Positions 25,601-39,246 of a DNA stretch of 64,000 bases are shown piece by piece. A model generated the notes under the pieces. That model saw only the letters and a list, made by a program, of their open reading frames with translations, ran no database searches and was not told the origin of the DNA. This stretch comes from Leptogorgia sarmentosa (Eukaryota). A program made the translations under genes and the position numbers. Where the stretch lies: assembly GCA_964658305.1 (NCBI GenBank), contig OZ210885.1, forward strand, positions 19,096,001 to 19,160,000, written 5' to 3'. The first letter of the stretch is position 1, and the number at the start of each line of letters is the position of its first letter.

Positions 25601-26960
25601 ATCAATATGACAATTCATCTCTACAGTACCCAGCGTTGAAAATGTATAGCCCCCATAAGCTACCAACTCTACTGACTTTGATTTATTAATAATTTCACCG
25701 TCTTTGACCCTTTCAAATAAACCAAGTGCCATCACATTGCATCTTGCCCCTGTATCAATTTTTAGTTCCGCGTTATGACCATTGATTTTAGTTGGACAAT
25801 AAATTTCTTTGTTATTGTGCACCACCTGTGGACCTTCAATTGTCTCAATAATATATAATTCTTTATCCCTTCCTTCGGGGGAATACTTAGGTGCTAGTAT
25901 TTCATCAACGCGAGGCTTTCTATGCGACCCTGACGCTTTTGAAATTCTGATAGGACCTTTTTGGTAACCTTTTGCAGAATAACACATTTTTTTGAAATGA
26001 TTTGGCTTCCCGCAACCATGACACTGTTTTCCAAATGCAGGACATGCTTGTTTATCTGCTCTATGCTCGCCCCCGCAACTTTTGCAACTTAGTATGGTCG
26101 ATTGCTTTCTTAATGACTTTTTGGGTTTAATGTAATTTACATCTTGTTTGTCTGACTCACGTTTTGAAAGTTGTTTACCATAGTCTTCTGATAATTCGTT
26201 TAACTGACAAATTTGAACCGCTTTGTCTAGTGTGAGTGCTCTTTCTTTTAGTAACTGCTTTCGAACCCTGTCCGATATAATACCACACACTATTTTGTCA
26301 CGAATAAATTCATCTTTCATTGTGCCGTATTCACATGTATCGGCTAATATACGGAGATCTGAAACATAAGATTGAATAGACTCACCGTCTCTCTGGTTTC
26401 TTACGTTAAACTTGTGTCTTTCCATAATTACATTCCCTTGCGGATTGCAGATTTCTTTAAACTTTCGTTTGAGGACTTCAATGCTTTCTTTCGTCTCTGC
26501 CGGTGTGATTATTTCATTTTCTTCATTGCGTACAGCCGGTGAATACACAAACGATCTTTCCTTTTCAATCGCTTCTCTGCCAGCAATATTAAGCATGATG
26601 TACGCCTTCGTCTTTTCCGTTTTGTCATGATGAGCTGCTGCCAAGAATATATCCAATTCTAGCTCAAACCGACACCAATTTTCTGCCACGTTTCCCTCGA
26701 AGCTCAATGGTTCGGGTTTTCTAAACGAGTCTGCCATTTCGTCGCATTTCTAGCTATAAGCTTATTTCGGAGATAGATATCAATGTTAAAGTATTTAGGT
26801 GGAATATCCCACACCTGACACCATGTCGAACGTTTATAAAAATGTTCATTTATTAATTGATATCTTCGACACCTCGGCTATCACACTGATGAATGAAAAA
26901 TATAACCTAGTTTTATATATGTAAGGAAAACGGAGCCCGCTATCTAACTGTTCATCTACA
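22679..26960 (-). mobile_element. Ty3/Gypsy LTR retrotransposon with both LTRs, defective
   Basis: TG...CA LTRs at 22679-22812 and 26824-26960, 5-bp TSD TTAAG (22674-22678 and 26961-26965), PBS TGGTGTCAGGTGTGGGA resembling a tRNA-Leu 3' end. Confidence 0.97.
23000..26737 (-). pseudogene. Gypsy gag-pol: zinc knuckles, protease, RT, RNase H, partial integrase
   Basis: KIDTGA, LDAKSGFWQI, IVDD, VDASKSGLG, ADTLSRA, TDNGTQF, SNGLAE. In-frame stops at 25598 and 25190, and a deletion of the integrase N-terminus near 23850-23940. Confidence 0.93.
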
Positions 26961-27285
26961 TTAAGTAAATTAAATGTACCTAGAGATCTTGTAAGAAACG
27001 AAGAATCCATGAATAAACGTAAAAAACCCTTAACACAAAAGGAGGATTTACAGGACCATTTATGGCAATCACAGACACACTTTTTGACGTAATGGGTAAA
27101 AAGGTAGTTCCCCCATTGGTAATTCCGATTATATTGCCATAGGTCATCCATAATTCTCGGTGACTTTTATACCAATTTGTGGACAGTTGAGTATTTAACC
27201 AATGCACTTTAACCAATAATTATTTTAAATAAATTAGGATTAATAAACTTCCATTTAAAATTACTTATATTTGTGTCATGTTTAG

Positions 27286-27802
27286 ACTAGGCTCAATGAG
27301 GAACAAAAAGAAATTGTGACAACTATTATCAACCTAACATCAGCAAAAAGTGCAGAGGAATTTATCAATATTGCATTACCTCAGCTTCAATCAAGTGGTA
27401 TCATTGACAAACAATCATTTATTGATGCAGTTTTGGAAAATTTTACAGAAATGCTTCCTGGTCCACACATCCATGCAAGGGACTATGGCGTAAGGCTTTA
27501 TCATATGCTAAGGAAAAGTAAACAACCTGTTACAAAGTTTTTGTCAGGTTTTTGTGTTCTCTGTCCCCACAGTATGACAGTGGAAAGATGCGTGTCAACA
27601 TACAACATTCACAACCTGAGAACAGCAACAAAGGAAAAGACACTAAATAATAGACTATTAATTCATTGGAATGGAGTGCCAACATCAGATTTTGACCGCA
27701 GATCAATGGTGCAAGAATTTCTACAGAAGAGAGGTGAATGCATGTTCCTAATCTCAGTTCATATGTCGAACGTGATTTTGTAAAGAAGTTTTTTAGTTCA
27801 TA
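27286..27802 (+). pseudogene. C-terminal (dimerisation-like) fragment of a hAT/ZNF862-KIAA1586-type transposase
   Basis: PHSMTVERCVSTYN...LR...LNNRLLIHWN...FD parallels PHSADCERVISLYN in the hAT ORF near 62190. Confidence 0.6.
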
Positions 27803-27845
27803 ATGCAGATTATTGTGAATCATGATAGAATGATAGATTGCTAAT

Positions 27846-30800
27846 TGTTTTGGAGACTGCCTGTCGCCCAGGCAGTATTCAAGGGGAAGCACAAAGAATG
27901 AAAGAACTCACACGACACAATTTAATCTCTCACAGTTTTTTACAATCCTTTCTCTTTAAAAACCTCAAAAACAACAACCCCCACCCCCCTGTAATCCCCA
28001 AAAGCACATGTAAATAACAATCCCCAATTGGCTATAATAAACAATAAATTAGTGCGGTCACTTCCGTCCATAATATTTACGTTAGTAATTTGATTAGTAA
28101 TGAACACAACAAAGGTTGACAACACCGAGAGGCCAGTTTCCACGGTTCTTGTTGTCCGACTTTATGATCACTACTTCGCCTACTTCTACCTTGAACTTCT
28201 TATGCTCGTGCTTTAGGTTGTGACGCTCCCTTAAAGCATTAAGATATTCCTTGGACCATCTTTTCAATAATGCCTCCTTGCACAACTTGAGGTACTTCGC
28301 TCTCTTCCGGAGACTCGGCTCATCTTCGCGCCATGCTTCATTTTCGGGTATCAAGATCGATCATTGATGTAGGAAAGATGATGGCATTAAAACCGGCAAC
28401 TGGATGTCGTCCTCAACGTAGCTTAATGGCCTTCGATTAATCTGCGTTTCGACGTCTAGAATGACTTCACTCAGCTCATTAAAGTTGAGATTGGCTCCCC
28501 CAATCGCCTTGTACATAGCTTGTTTGACCACCTCAATGAGGCGTTTAAACTGCCCGCCCCACCAGGGTGCCCAAGACAAATTGAATTGCCACTGAATCTC
28601 GAAATCTTGCAAATATCCCTGAAGTCGCTCGTCCTTTCTTAGGTTTCGGATCCAGTTTGCTGCTTTAATAAAGGTTCCTCCGTTATCCGAGTAAATCTTC
28701 CTCGGCCTCTCGCGTCGGGCTATAAATCGCTTGAGACATGGTATGAAGTTCGTAGTTTCAAGGCTTGGCAGAAGCTCAAAATGAACCGTTCGGATGAGAC
28801 TGCAGGAAAACAATGCCAAGTAGGCTTTCCCTTGCAGGTGGAAACCTCGCTTGTGGTAGATTGGTCCTGCAAAATCAACTCCGATCACCTCGAACGCTGT
28901 GTCACCACTTACTCGGTCATTTGGTAAAGCTCCTGGGGGTGGTGGATCAAGGGGTGTTGCCTGGAATTTCTTGCATCCCCAGCAACCGCTTCTCACCTTT
29001 GGAACCCAGTACCGCTCTCTAACGGCCGCCATAGTCAGTCCAACGACACCGTGAATTGTCTCGCGATGTACTCCCTCAATTAGCTTACATGTGAACAGCT
29101 CGTCTGTCGGTAGATATATCGGATATCTTCCCTCGATTCGGCCCCCACATACGATGAACCCTCTGTCATTCAGCTGGAGGTTGAGCTCCTTGCGATGTTG
29201 CTCAAAAATTGGTGTTGACTGGTTGCTTTGTTGCACTCTTCGTATCCAACGACCCTTTGCTTCCTCGATCTCTTCCACTGTTAGAGGGCTGCACCTCTTC
29301 TCGCCCTCTTTGCAGTTGTTCACGAATCTTCATACCCACGCAGCTACCCGGATAGCCCTTCTGAGGTTGTGCCTTTCTAATACTCTCTCCAGCTCGTCAG
29401 GACAGGTTTGGTTTTGGGTCACGGCAACTAGCTCTCGGACAACTTCCGCTTCGGATTGGACAGTTGGGTTTGTCACAAGGTTATCTGGCCACTTGCTGTG
29501 ATCCGCCAGCCAGTCAGGCCCGCTCCACCAAAGGGTTGTTAGGTCTCCCCCTCGGCTTGCCAAGTCGGCGGGGTTCTCGGACGTTGGAACATGTCTCCAT
29601 TGGATTTCTGGGTGTTGATTGATCTTGCTTACACGATTTGAGACAAACTGCTTATACTGCCCATTACCCTGGATCCAGTGGAGGGCCACTGTGCTGTCTA
29701 ACCAGGCGTAGGTGTGGGGATTTGGTAAGTAATCCGATGCATTTCTGACGTTGATGAGGAGATTTGTGGCCATATGGGCGGAAATAAGCTCCAGCCGCGG
29801 AATGGTGAGCCCCTGTTTGGCAAGTCGGCTTTTAGCTGTTACGAGGCGCTGGGTAATTCCTGATGACTGTCGGACAACAGAGTAAACCGCTGCTCCAACA
29901 CCTTTAGTGCTTGCATCACCAAACGCATGCAACTTTAGGGACAGGACAGGTTCTCGATAACCGACAATGGAACGGGGTGCGAAAACTTCTGATGGGAGGT
30001 TCTCTTTCCAGCAATACCATCGATAACTTAATGACTTACTCAGCTTTGCGTCCCATAGAAACTTCTCACTGCAAGATCTGCTTTCCTTGCAAGGTAAGGG
30101 GTGAAACAAACCCAAGTGGATCGTACACTTGAGCCAACTTTCTTAGTACTTCTCGTTTCGTTTGCGACGTTCCGTCATTTAGAATTACCACAGACAACCG
30201 ATCACTGACTTTATTCCAGGGCAGACCCAGGATCTTAGATTCGCACAACTTTGTTCCAAGTTGTTGTTTAGCCAGGGTCTCTTCACCGTCAGATCCGCCG
30301 ATTGCACCACCATCTTCAAGCTCGGAAGCATTTGAGTTAAACTTATGGAGGGTAAATTTTGCACCACTAAAAATATCAATCGATTTTTCCTTTTTTTCTT
30401 CCGCTTGTTCGACTGTTTGTGCTCCACTAATTACGTCATCAACATACATGCATCTCTTAAGCTCTGCAACAATTTCTGGCATCTTGCTTTTCCATGTTTC
30501 CAGGTGTTGTTCAATCACCCCCCCCAAGGAGAAACGGGGATGATGTAAGCCCGAACAAGGCCCGTGTAAATCTAAAGACTACTGTGTCAGTGTGTTCGTC
30601 ACACCTCCAATGGAAGCGGAGGGCATCTCGTTCTTGCATTTTAATTCGAATCTGTAAAAAGGCCTTCTCAATGTCGCGGCATAGAGCCACTGGAAAGGAG
30701 CGATGGCGGACCAGGACGTCCCACAACTTGTTTTGGAGCGGCGGCCCAGGATACAGACATTCGTTCAAAGATTCGATGGCAAGAGCAGATGATTTCCTGG

Positions 30801-33112
30801 CCAGGAAAGCCCTATCTCATACCATCCTTCGGGACTTCGGACAAGTTGTTCTTTAAACTCATCATAAACCGATCCTTGATCATGCCCTGCTGTATCAGCA
30901 AGGCCGAGTACGTCCAGACGACATAAGTCCTCATAGTCATGTTGGGTTGTCTGAGTCAGCAACATATGGTGGTGATCGAATTCTTTAACTGGGGACATGA
31001 TGAACCATCCCAGCTTTGTAAGTTCCGCGATGGGTTCACCCTCTTTCCCGACCCGTGGGCGATTCTCGGTTTTAATTCTAGCATACTCTCCCGCTCCCAG
31101 AACAACATGTACTGGTAACTGGGACTTTACATCATTATCATGGATATGTACGCCTTCAAGATGTGGGTAAGTATCAACTAGGACCTTGTATTGAGGGTAT
31201 TCGATTAACAATAGTTCACTCTTATTTACTTTGATCAAGTCCACTTGCATGCTGAACTCCCCGTCAACCGATTGTATCACCGTTTCATATGTCTCCAGGC
31301 GCTCCAACTTACTACTCATAAGCATCTCAACCTGCCGTGATCTTACGTTGGCAGGTTTCTGGTTTAGGAGACTGACCAGTTTGGCTGATGCATATGAGCT
31401 TCCAGCTCCCGAATCCACCAGGGCTCTGCAGGTCAACCCGTTCACCTTCACAGTCACAATCGGGATGTTCCTTCACAATCGGGAATGTTCCTTCACCATC
31501 CTTTGTCGCCGTCATCAGTTTCTTCTCCTCGTTCGGTTGATCACAGACCAATGTATGGTGCCGTCGTTCACAGTTCTGACACGACAGCTTGCTGTTACAA
31601 TCTGCAGCTCGATGACCTTCGCCCGTACAATTAAAACAGAGACGCTGTTTAGCTAGTATTTATTTCCATTCCTTGACATTCAACAAGGAATCAACCTTTG
31701 CATTAAATAGTTTGTTGTCACGGCCAAGAGGACGGGTTTCCTTTTTTACCGAATCGATGGGGTTTCTTCGAGTCCATAAATTCAGGGCCTCAACCAGCCT
31801 GGTATAGTCCCAGGTTTCCCATGCTGGATCTGTCCGAACCAAATCGCTTCGTATTCCAGCTAACTTATCCATGGTCATCGCAACATTGCCATTTATCTGT
31901 TGTAGCTTGCCCATTGTCTCTAACGACTGTACGCAATAGGAAAGCTTCTCACTAAATTCATGGACTTTTTCGGCATTTGCATCGCCAATGTAAGGTAACT
32001 CCAGGATTTTCTTCGTATAAGCTTTCATGATTTCAGACTCCTTTCCATATTTTGCTTCTAAAATCCTTTTTGCCCGATTGTAACCTTAATTTGTGAAGGG
32101 TAAAGCTCCGATAGTTGGTTTGACCCTTCTATCCAGTAACTCTCGCAAATACGAAAACTTTGTCACATTTGATACGCTCGACTTGTCAATCGTTTCTTGG
32201 AACTGATTCCAAAACCGAGGCCAGTCTTGATATGTTCCATTGAACTTTGTTATTACGAGTTTTGGCAGCTTGGCTTCAACCCTCGGACTCATCCTTGAAC
32301 TTGATGTTTCCCCTTCAACTTGTTGTCGCTCACTTTCCCCTAACTGCGCTTTATAATGAATTTCAAAGAGCTCTTTCTCAAAATCGAGTTGATCTTTCCT
32401 GCTCCTAGCTTTGGTATGTTCATTAGCTTCAGCGATCCAATTTTGCAATTTATATACGTCAATGTCAGCCTGACCGATGGTATTTTCTATCGCGTCCGCC
32501 CATCCCGAAATAGTGTCGACCTCCTCACCGATTGTGATTTTTAATTCCTCTACTATTCGTTTGGAACTATCTGCTTCACCTACCAGAACTTGTAACGCTG
32601 CGCAGTGTCTTTCGATACGTTGTTGGTTGTTCGAAGCGAGAATTTTCTCAGTTTTCCCTTGGGTTATCGCAATGTGTTTTATTTTCGTCTCCAGCTCTCG
32701 CTGTGCTTCCTCAAGTTCAGCCCTTTTAGCTTCCATGTTAACAGCGAATTCTTGCTCTTGATCGAGCCTTTTCACAAATCCCGTCGGAGCTGCCACGTTT
32801 TGGAGACTGCCTGTCGCCCAGGCAGTATTCAAGGTGAAGCACAAAGAATGAAAGAACTCACATGACACAATTGAATCTCTCATAGTTTTTTACAATCCTT
32901 TCTCATTAAAAACCTCAAAAACAACAACCCCCACCCCCCTGTAATCCCCAAAAGCACATGTAAATAACAATCCCTGATTGGCTATAATAAACAATAAATT
33001 AGTGCGGTCACTTCCGTCCATAATATTTACGTTAGTAATTTGATTAGTAATGAACACAACAAAGGTTAGTGATTAATCGCGTTATTAGGTTAGTGCCCTG
33101 TTAGTTCCGACA
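27846..33112 (-). mobile_element. BEL/Pao LTR retrotransposon, defective
   Basis: Direct repeats 27846-28117 and 32796-33067; the right LTR probably extends to CA at 33112. A PBS-like TGGCAGCTCCGACGGGA adjoins the 5' LTR. A deletion fuses the integrase end to a truncated 3' LTR. TSD not clean. Confidence 0.92.
28118..32736 (-). pseudogene. BEL/Pao gag-pol polyprotein with multiple frameshifts
   Basis: DUF1759-like KLPKLVITKFNG..WPRFW, protease LVDSGA, RT DIEKAFLQI and YVDD, RNase H LHAFGDAS and TIPRLEL, integrase GVDFAGP and SDNG, C-terminal WPLG. Confidence 0.93.
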
Positions 33113-33344
33113 ATTGCATGTAACATTATACATGTAGTGGTATTTGGATTTACATGTTTTATAACTTCTGTTTGTTAACACATTAAAATTTCTCTACATA
33201 AATTATGGTATCATGTGCCTTGTTGGTTAAACCAGGTGCACATCTATACCTGTCCAGGTCCCTCTCCAACCTTTCGAGGTCCCCCTTAAAATATTTCCCC
33301 CCCTAAAATATTTCCCCCCCCCAGTTGCGGATCCTTAAGAGGCC

Positions 33345-34110
33345 CTGGAATGGCTTCCATTAGACCAAACAACTTTAGACCTTCCATGAATTCCTTAAGA
33401 TATAACAATCTTTTGCCAACAATGTTAATTACCATAGTTCCAATAATGTCATCTTTATGGTCTTCATATATTATGCCAGTGTAACCTCTGTCAATAATAA
33501 GGTCTGTGTGTGCAATGATGTTGTTCTCCACGCTGTTTAGAATTTCTTGGTCATGACCCGTCAGATCATCATGATTCAGATTAGCAACATCAACATTTGG
33601 ATCCACAATCATCTTGAATACATTTTCGTGCAGAAACCGTGGTGGAGGGCCACCTTGTGCAATTGATGTAGCTACGATTTCACCACATGATCTGAACTGC
33701 CCATTATGGATTTTGTAAATAGAATCAACAGGAGCACCATTGGGAAACGTAATAGTTCCCATGTCAGAAATTGCTTTGGTTAGACATTCCTTGGACATGG
33801 CACCAGAATCAATTCCCCTTTCAGCAACACATTTGACTCGTAAAATCTTATTTGGAGAGGTTTTCTTGCATGCTCGCTGCCATAACAACAACAGTCGTTG
33901 AAATGTTATCCCTCTTTGGAACAATCAACTCTGGGATGTCAGTAAATTCAGTTGAATCTACATTGATACCTTTGCCACTTTCAAAAACATCTGGTACATG
34001 TACTTCAAATGTAGGTTGACAATTACTGTCTGCAAATTCCAGTTCTGGCAACAATTTCGTCATTCATGGTCTGGTTTGCAATGTCGGTTGTGCTGCAGCC
34101 TGAATCACTT
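33345..34110 (-). pseudogene. G2E3-like HECT N-lobe relic
   Basis: ERGIDSGAMSKE and FRSCGEIVATSIAQGGPPPRFL...FMEGLKLFGL parallel motifs of the HECT gene at 55631-58897. Frameshifted and lacking the catalytic C-lobe. Confidence 0.75.
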
Positions 34111-35115
34111 TCAAGCGAGCAAGGGGGGGGGGGGGTATCAGCTGCAGTTTACAGTACACAAGTATCAGTAAATAAACAGAAATTAGTAAGCAGGGTAGTA
34201 GCTCAGTAAGGCAATTAATAATTTTAAGGTATATGTTAATTTTTTAAAAATTTTCTCATACTGTACTGTACCTATTGGACTAGAGCTACATGTGCCACTA
34301 ATAGCTGGGGACAGAGGTGACTGCAACAATTGTCGAACTACAAAAATAATGACATGTAAGCTTGTTGTACTACAAATTGAATTTATGTGATGCAACCCCC
34401 ATACCCAACGTGTACCTCTTTCGCTTTTCTCTTTTCTGCCATACAATATTTACTTGAACCTGTTTGGGTTAATATTGATGGGTTCCTATCAGAAGCCATC
34501 AAATTATAGACCCCCCTATTCGTCCATAATTTCCATTTACGCCATTATAAACCACCCTAGCCCCTCAATACAGGATTTGATGTCGTTCCCTCAATACAGG
34601 ATTTGATATCTTTCCTGGTTTTGTGCAAACTGAAAGTCATTGATCGCCCGATGTTGTAGTACAATATGCAAAATAAAATTAATTATATTTATACACAATA
34701 AACAACTGTACAATAGTTATACTGATCAGTCAATGAATATGGTTATTTGAATTACCTGTCGCTCCACAGTTCTGTCAAAAATTTGCTTCATCGTGTGCTT
34801 TATTCCCACACGAATGACAAAACATGTCGAAAATCTAAATGAATCTAAAGGTCTCTACATACTAAATAAGTAAGTCAAATACCACAACAGGTGTGACGCG
34901 AAATTTGACCTGCGAAATTTATGACTATTGTAGTTCTGCACGATTGCCATCCGGTCAGAAATTTTGCAATCCTTCGAACTGGGATACATATGGACTGTTT
35001 TCAAGTCGTAGTTTCTGAAATATTTTTGTAAAAATGGCCTTTAATACTGCATCAAGTGGTAAGTAACCCTAGCTGCGCTGGAATTGAAGGGCTGGTCTCT
35101 ACTAGTTGATACTAA

Positions 35116-35828
35116 ATGACATATCGCCATTCATTTGAGATGAAATTACACCCTGAACTGATCATGTCAGATAAGAATAAAACTATCACTGCTGAATACA
35201 ACTCTGAGGATGATCATGTGTACAACTATGCCTGTGTTCGATTGAGCTTTGGTATGTTGTTATGCAACTTCTCTGACGCAGTGCGCGAGGGTGATGGAGA
35301 GAGAATAATACGTTGCTGACAACCACCCAGAATATGCATATGGTGCATTACATCTTATTGTCAATGTAAATGCCATGCTTACTCCACATCAGGCACATGG
35401 CCTTGTGTGGAAAAGAACAGTAAATAACAGAGGAATTCCTGGCTCCAACATATCACTAGACTTAAGGATGGAGCACATTGTCCACTTGCTCAAAAAATGA
35501 TATCAAATCTTGGTGTGAATCTTACACCTGATGCTTCCTTGAGATGTAGTAGAGCTATTTGGCCTGTAGAGCAGATGCAAAAAGCCATTGTTGATAAATT
35601 GGGTTGTCATTCACCATATGGGAAGCATACAGTCTGTCATTCAGAAAAGCACTTTGAGTTGATTGTGCAAGAATTCATTTAAAAGAGGTCTTTCAATCAA
35701 AACAAGATCGCCATGAATACCACCATTTCCAGGTTTCAACAGAAACTTAATATGCGAGCTGGATTATGTACAATTAAACAAATGGATTACTTGCCATAAA
35801 CAACAGTGGAAGAAGAGTGGACACTAAA
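35116..35828 (+). pseudogene. AcademH/DUF6589-like transposase C-terminal relic
   Basis: DHVYNYA..FSDAVREGDGERIIRC, YAY, W.RTVNNRG.PGSNISLDLRMEH; broken by stops and frameshifts. Confidence 0.7.
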
Positions 35829-36099
35829 AGGTGATGAAAAGAGTTAAAGTAAGTACATATTTATTAAGGCAATATTTGGGGGGGGGGGGGGGAGGGGGAA
35901 ACAAGTAAATTGCACACATGTTTTGATAGTGGTCAGCATAATGAGGGGGGTGGACGGATTCAATTACTATTACTTAAATTATTTAACCTCCCATACCCAT
36001 TTACTGTACAGTTACCTTCCCTTTGCCCAATTCATGCAAGCATTTTTGTGCGCTGACCTTTCAACTTCCCATGATTAGGTTATGATCAGTCATACAATG

Positions 36100-39000
36100 C
36101 AAATTTTCTGACCTGTATTTCATTACAACTACTGTAATTATCATTCCATGTAACTTCATCATCCGATATCTCTTCCTGATAAGATATGCGCTCTGCTTAA
36201 TGTATCGGTCAGGGTTATTTCAGATACCTTGAAGCAGATCGGTCCTTTGGCACATAATTTTCACAAAATAAACAAGTCCCAAACTAGATCTAACCCTAAC
36301 CGTAGCATTCTAACGCTAACCACTAAAAACAATTCCAGAGAGTAAGAAAAATCAAAGAAAGTTTTTTCAGAAAGTAAGTGGTCTTTCAGCAAAAACATGC
36401 AGAACCGTTCCCGAATTTGCTTAGGTTTTTCGCACGCAGTGCCCTTGCCAAACGCGCCAACAGCAGGCTCATCGAAGTCACCAGAAACAAACATTTTTAT
36501 AGTAACACAAAAACATAGATAATAAGGACTGGAAATAATCTGTTCAAGGTATCTGAAATAGCCCTAACCTAATGTATCGGCCAACTCCATTTGTATTCCT
36601 CTGCAATAAATGATTTTCACATCACACAATTGCATCCTTAACAGCATATGTTGTAACCGCTTAGGGGTTTTATGTAACTCCTTCTTCACAATTCCCTCCA
36701 ACAGCTTGTGATCCGATTGAACAGTCACCATCCGCCTGTACGTATACTGATGAAATTTCTCTAGACCATACACAACGGACAACAGCCCTTTTTCAATCTG
36801 AGCATGTTGTTTTTTAGTTTCGGAAGCACCATCTTGAGTCAAAACTTCTCTTAATCCTGTTCCCGAGGCATCGCACTGCATTGTTAACTCCTTCTCCGCT
36901 TCATAATACTTTAGCACCGGAGCCCTCGTTACCAACTCTTTGATCTTTTCACAGGCCTGATTATGTACGTCTAACCAGGTCCACTCTGCATCCTTGACCG
37001 TTACTTTCCGTAAAGGCTCACAGACGTCGCTTAGCACAAGAATTTGCTGAGATAATTCACGAACCCCACCGGTTGGCGAACACCTGCAACATTAGTTGGC
37101 TTTGGCATTTCTAAAATGGCTTTAATCTTTTCTGGATCAGGGTTTAATCCCTGTCTGTTAATCTGTGCCCACTGAACGGCACTTCATTCTTTTTAAATTG
37201 AACTCTCTCGTTGTTCAATTTAACATTTTGCTCCTCACATCTCTTCATGAGTGCTCGCACTTTCTCATCATGATCCAAGACTGCCTCTTCATCACTTTTG
37301 CCTACACCAAACACCGATATGTCGTCATGAATGGCTATGACCCCTGGTAGACCTTCCACAACTTGTTGTTGACATCTTTGAAATTCCTCCGGTACTGATG
37401 CCAATCCGAACGATAATCTCAGCTACCAAAATCTACCAAAATCTACCATATGGTGTGTTGAACATTGTCAGAAAACTGCTCTTGTCATCCAACTCAATAT
37501 GCCAAAAGCCATTGTGGACATCAAATGTGCTAAACACTCTAGCGCGAGTTATCTCGGGAAACACTTCGGCACTCGTCGGGATCGGATAGAAACTTCTTTT
37601 CAACACTTCATCTTTGAAGTTTCTCTTTCACTAGATCTTTAGGATCTATGCAGATTTGTAGATTGCCATTTGGTTTTTGTACTACTGTCATACTCGACAC
37701 ACAAGGTGTTGGACTTGTGACTTCCTTCAGAATACCCAACTGTTCTAGTTGAGACAACTCATCTTTAAGCTGCTTCTTGAGTGCTACAGGAACTCTCCTT
37801 GGAAGATGGACGATGATTCCACAAACCTACCTCGGGTTACTGGACCATTTAATCACTAATCTCCCTCAAGCCATGCTATTACTTATAATTATATTTTCAT
37901 ATTTAACTTCTATAAGACCCATTTCCTGGGCAATGCTACTTCCCAACAATGGTACACAGGACACGTCATATATACTTTGTAATATTTATGAGTTTTTGGA
38001 TTCATCACAGAGATCTGACATTGACCTATTGGCTTAACAATTGGTTTGTTGTACATAGACAAAATTTTGTCCGTTTCTTGAAGCTTGCACGAACCAATAG
38101 AACTTTCCAGGAATTTCGCTGGTATGATGTTACATGTTGCCCCACAATCTAACTGGAATTTCACAGATTGATTTCCAACGTTTAGTGTGGCAAAGATGTG
38201 TTACAGCATGCACTTCTAATAGAGGTACATAATCTATGTTCGCTATCTTAACGCTATTGCTAGCGTTAACATTTGATTGTTAATGTTTTGTAAAACATTG
38301 TGCGGCAACGTGATTAAACTTATTACAATTTAAACACCTTTTTCCAAACACCAGACACTTCTGTTTATTTCTTTCATGCCGTTTCCCACAGAATCTACAT
38401 ACTATGAACCCTTGCTCTGCTTTCTCTGCCTTGCCCTCCCGGCTGTCTCTAGATTTACCTTCTCACCAGTTCGATTTTACACTATGCAGTTCATCTTCAT
38501 TAATTCGCTAGGTTTCACGGCCCTGTATAGTGTTTTTTCATTCTTTAGCAAGTTCTGAAGCTCGACATGCTTGTATGCACTTGTTTAAATCTAAATTTGC
38601 ATCTTTTAGTAAACTCTCGCAAATTATAATCACAAATACACAAACAATGCGGTCACTTAACAAGGTATCTGAAATTGCACGTAGCTGCTAGCATTTTTAT
38701 CTCAGTAACAAATTTCTCTATCGACTTGTCGCTTCCTTGCACTTGTGTAAAGAATTTATAGCGCTCCACAGTCTTGTTTTTACTAGGCCCAGAACAATCT
38801 TCGAGGCCTTTCAGTATGTCCTCAACTGTCCGTTCTTCATCACTACTTTCAAAGTTTATTGCATTGCAAATAATCCGACCTTTGCTTCCGATAAGATAAA
38901 GTACAAGTTTTACCTTAGTGGATCCTTGTTGACTGGCCATCACTACCTTCAAATATAACTCTATTTCTTCTTTCCATCGTCGCCAGGTCTGTGGCAAGTC

Positions 39001-39246
39001 ATTTGAATCAAAGTCCGTTTGTCCAGGCAGTTTTAGTTGTATCATTCTAGCTTCCCCCAAGCAGCTTTCTTGCTCGTCGACATCGTATAATTTGCTTTAG
39101 ATTTTAACTCCTGACACCATGTTCAAAGTGTCATTATTTTCAAGTTTTTATTCATTGAACTTCCCTGTACATATGTCCTCACACTTCTCACATGCAGCCT
39201 TTATACAATATACAATTACATTATGGTAATGTTTGCAAACATTACA
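36100..39246 (-). mobile_element. Highly degenerate Gypsy element (gag-PR-RT-RNase H, 5' LTR and PBS; boundaries approximate)
   Basis: PBS TGGTGTCAGGAGT next to an LTR end at 39120. Fragments ERYKFF, LDCGATCN, IHDDI, QCDASGTGL, AQIEK, ADTL|SRA. No integrase or 3' LTR seen. Confidence 0.85.
36207..36569. mobile_element. Mutator-like MITE inserted in the Gypsy RNase H
   Basis: TIR GGT(C/T)AGGG(T/C)TATTTCAGATACCTTGAA with 9-bp TSD TAATGTATC (36198-36206 and 36570-36578). It splits the ADTLSRA motif. Confidence 0.85.

Larger units (their letters stand above)
22422..27092 (+). pseudogene. Polinton ORF split by the Gypsy insertion (22422-22678 + 26966-27092)
   Basis: ISWDD...IPKSNISDLI...EFFNVL continues in frame as SKLNVPRDLVRN once the Gypsy element and one TSD copy are removed. 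Confidence 0.8.
14902..27150 (+). mobile_element. Partial Maverick/Polinton: one terminus, pPolB, ATPase, penton-like and small core ORFs; right end approximate
   Basis: Terminal AGTAGT, GC-rich hairpin and subterminal tandem repeats, then pPolB and a packaging ATPase. No integrase, major capsid protein, protease or second TIR is visible. Confidence 0.9.

Noticed and set aside
27837..33117. TSD for the BEL element
   Set aside because: The left flank CTAAT and right flank ATTGC do not match directly, so no TSD is claimed.
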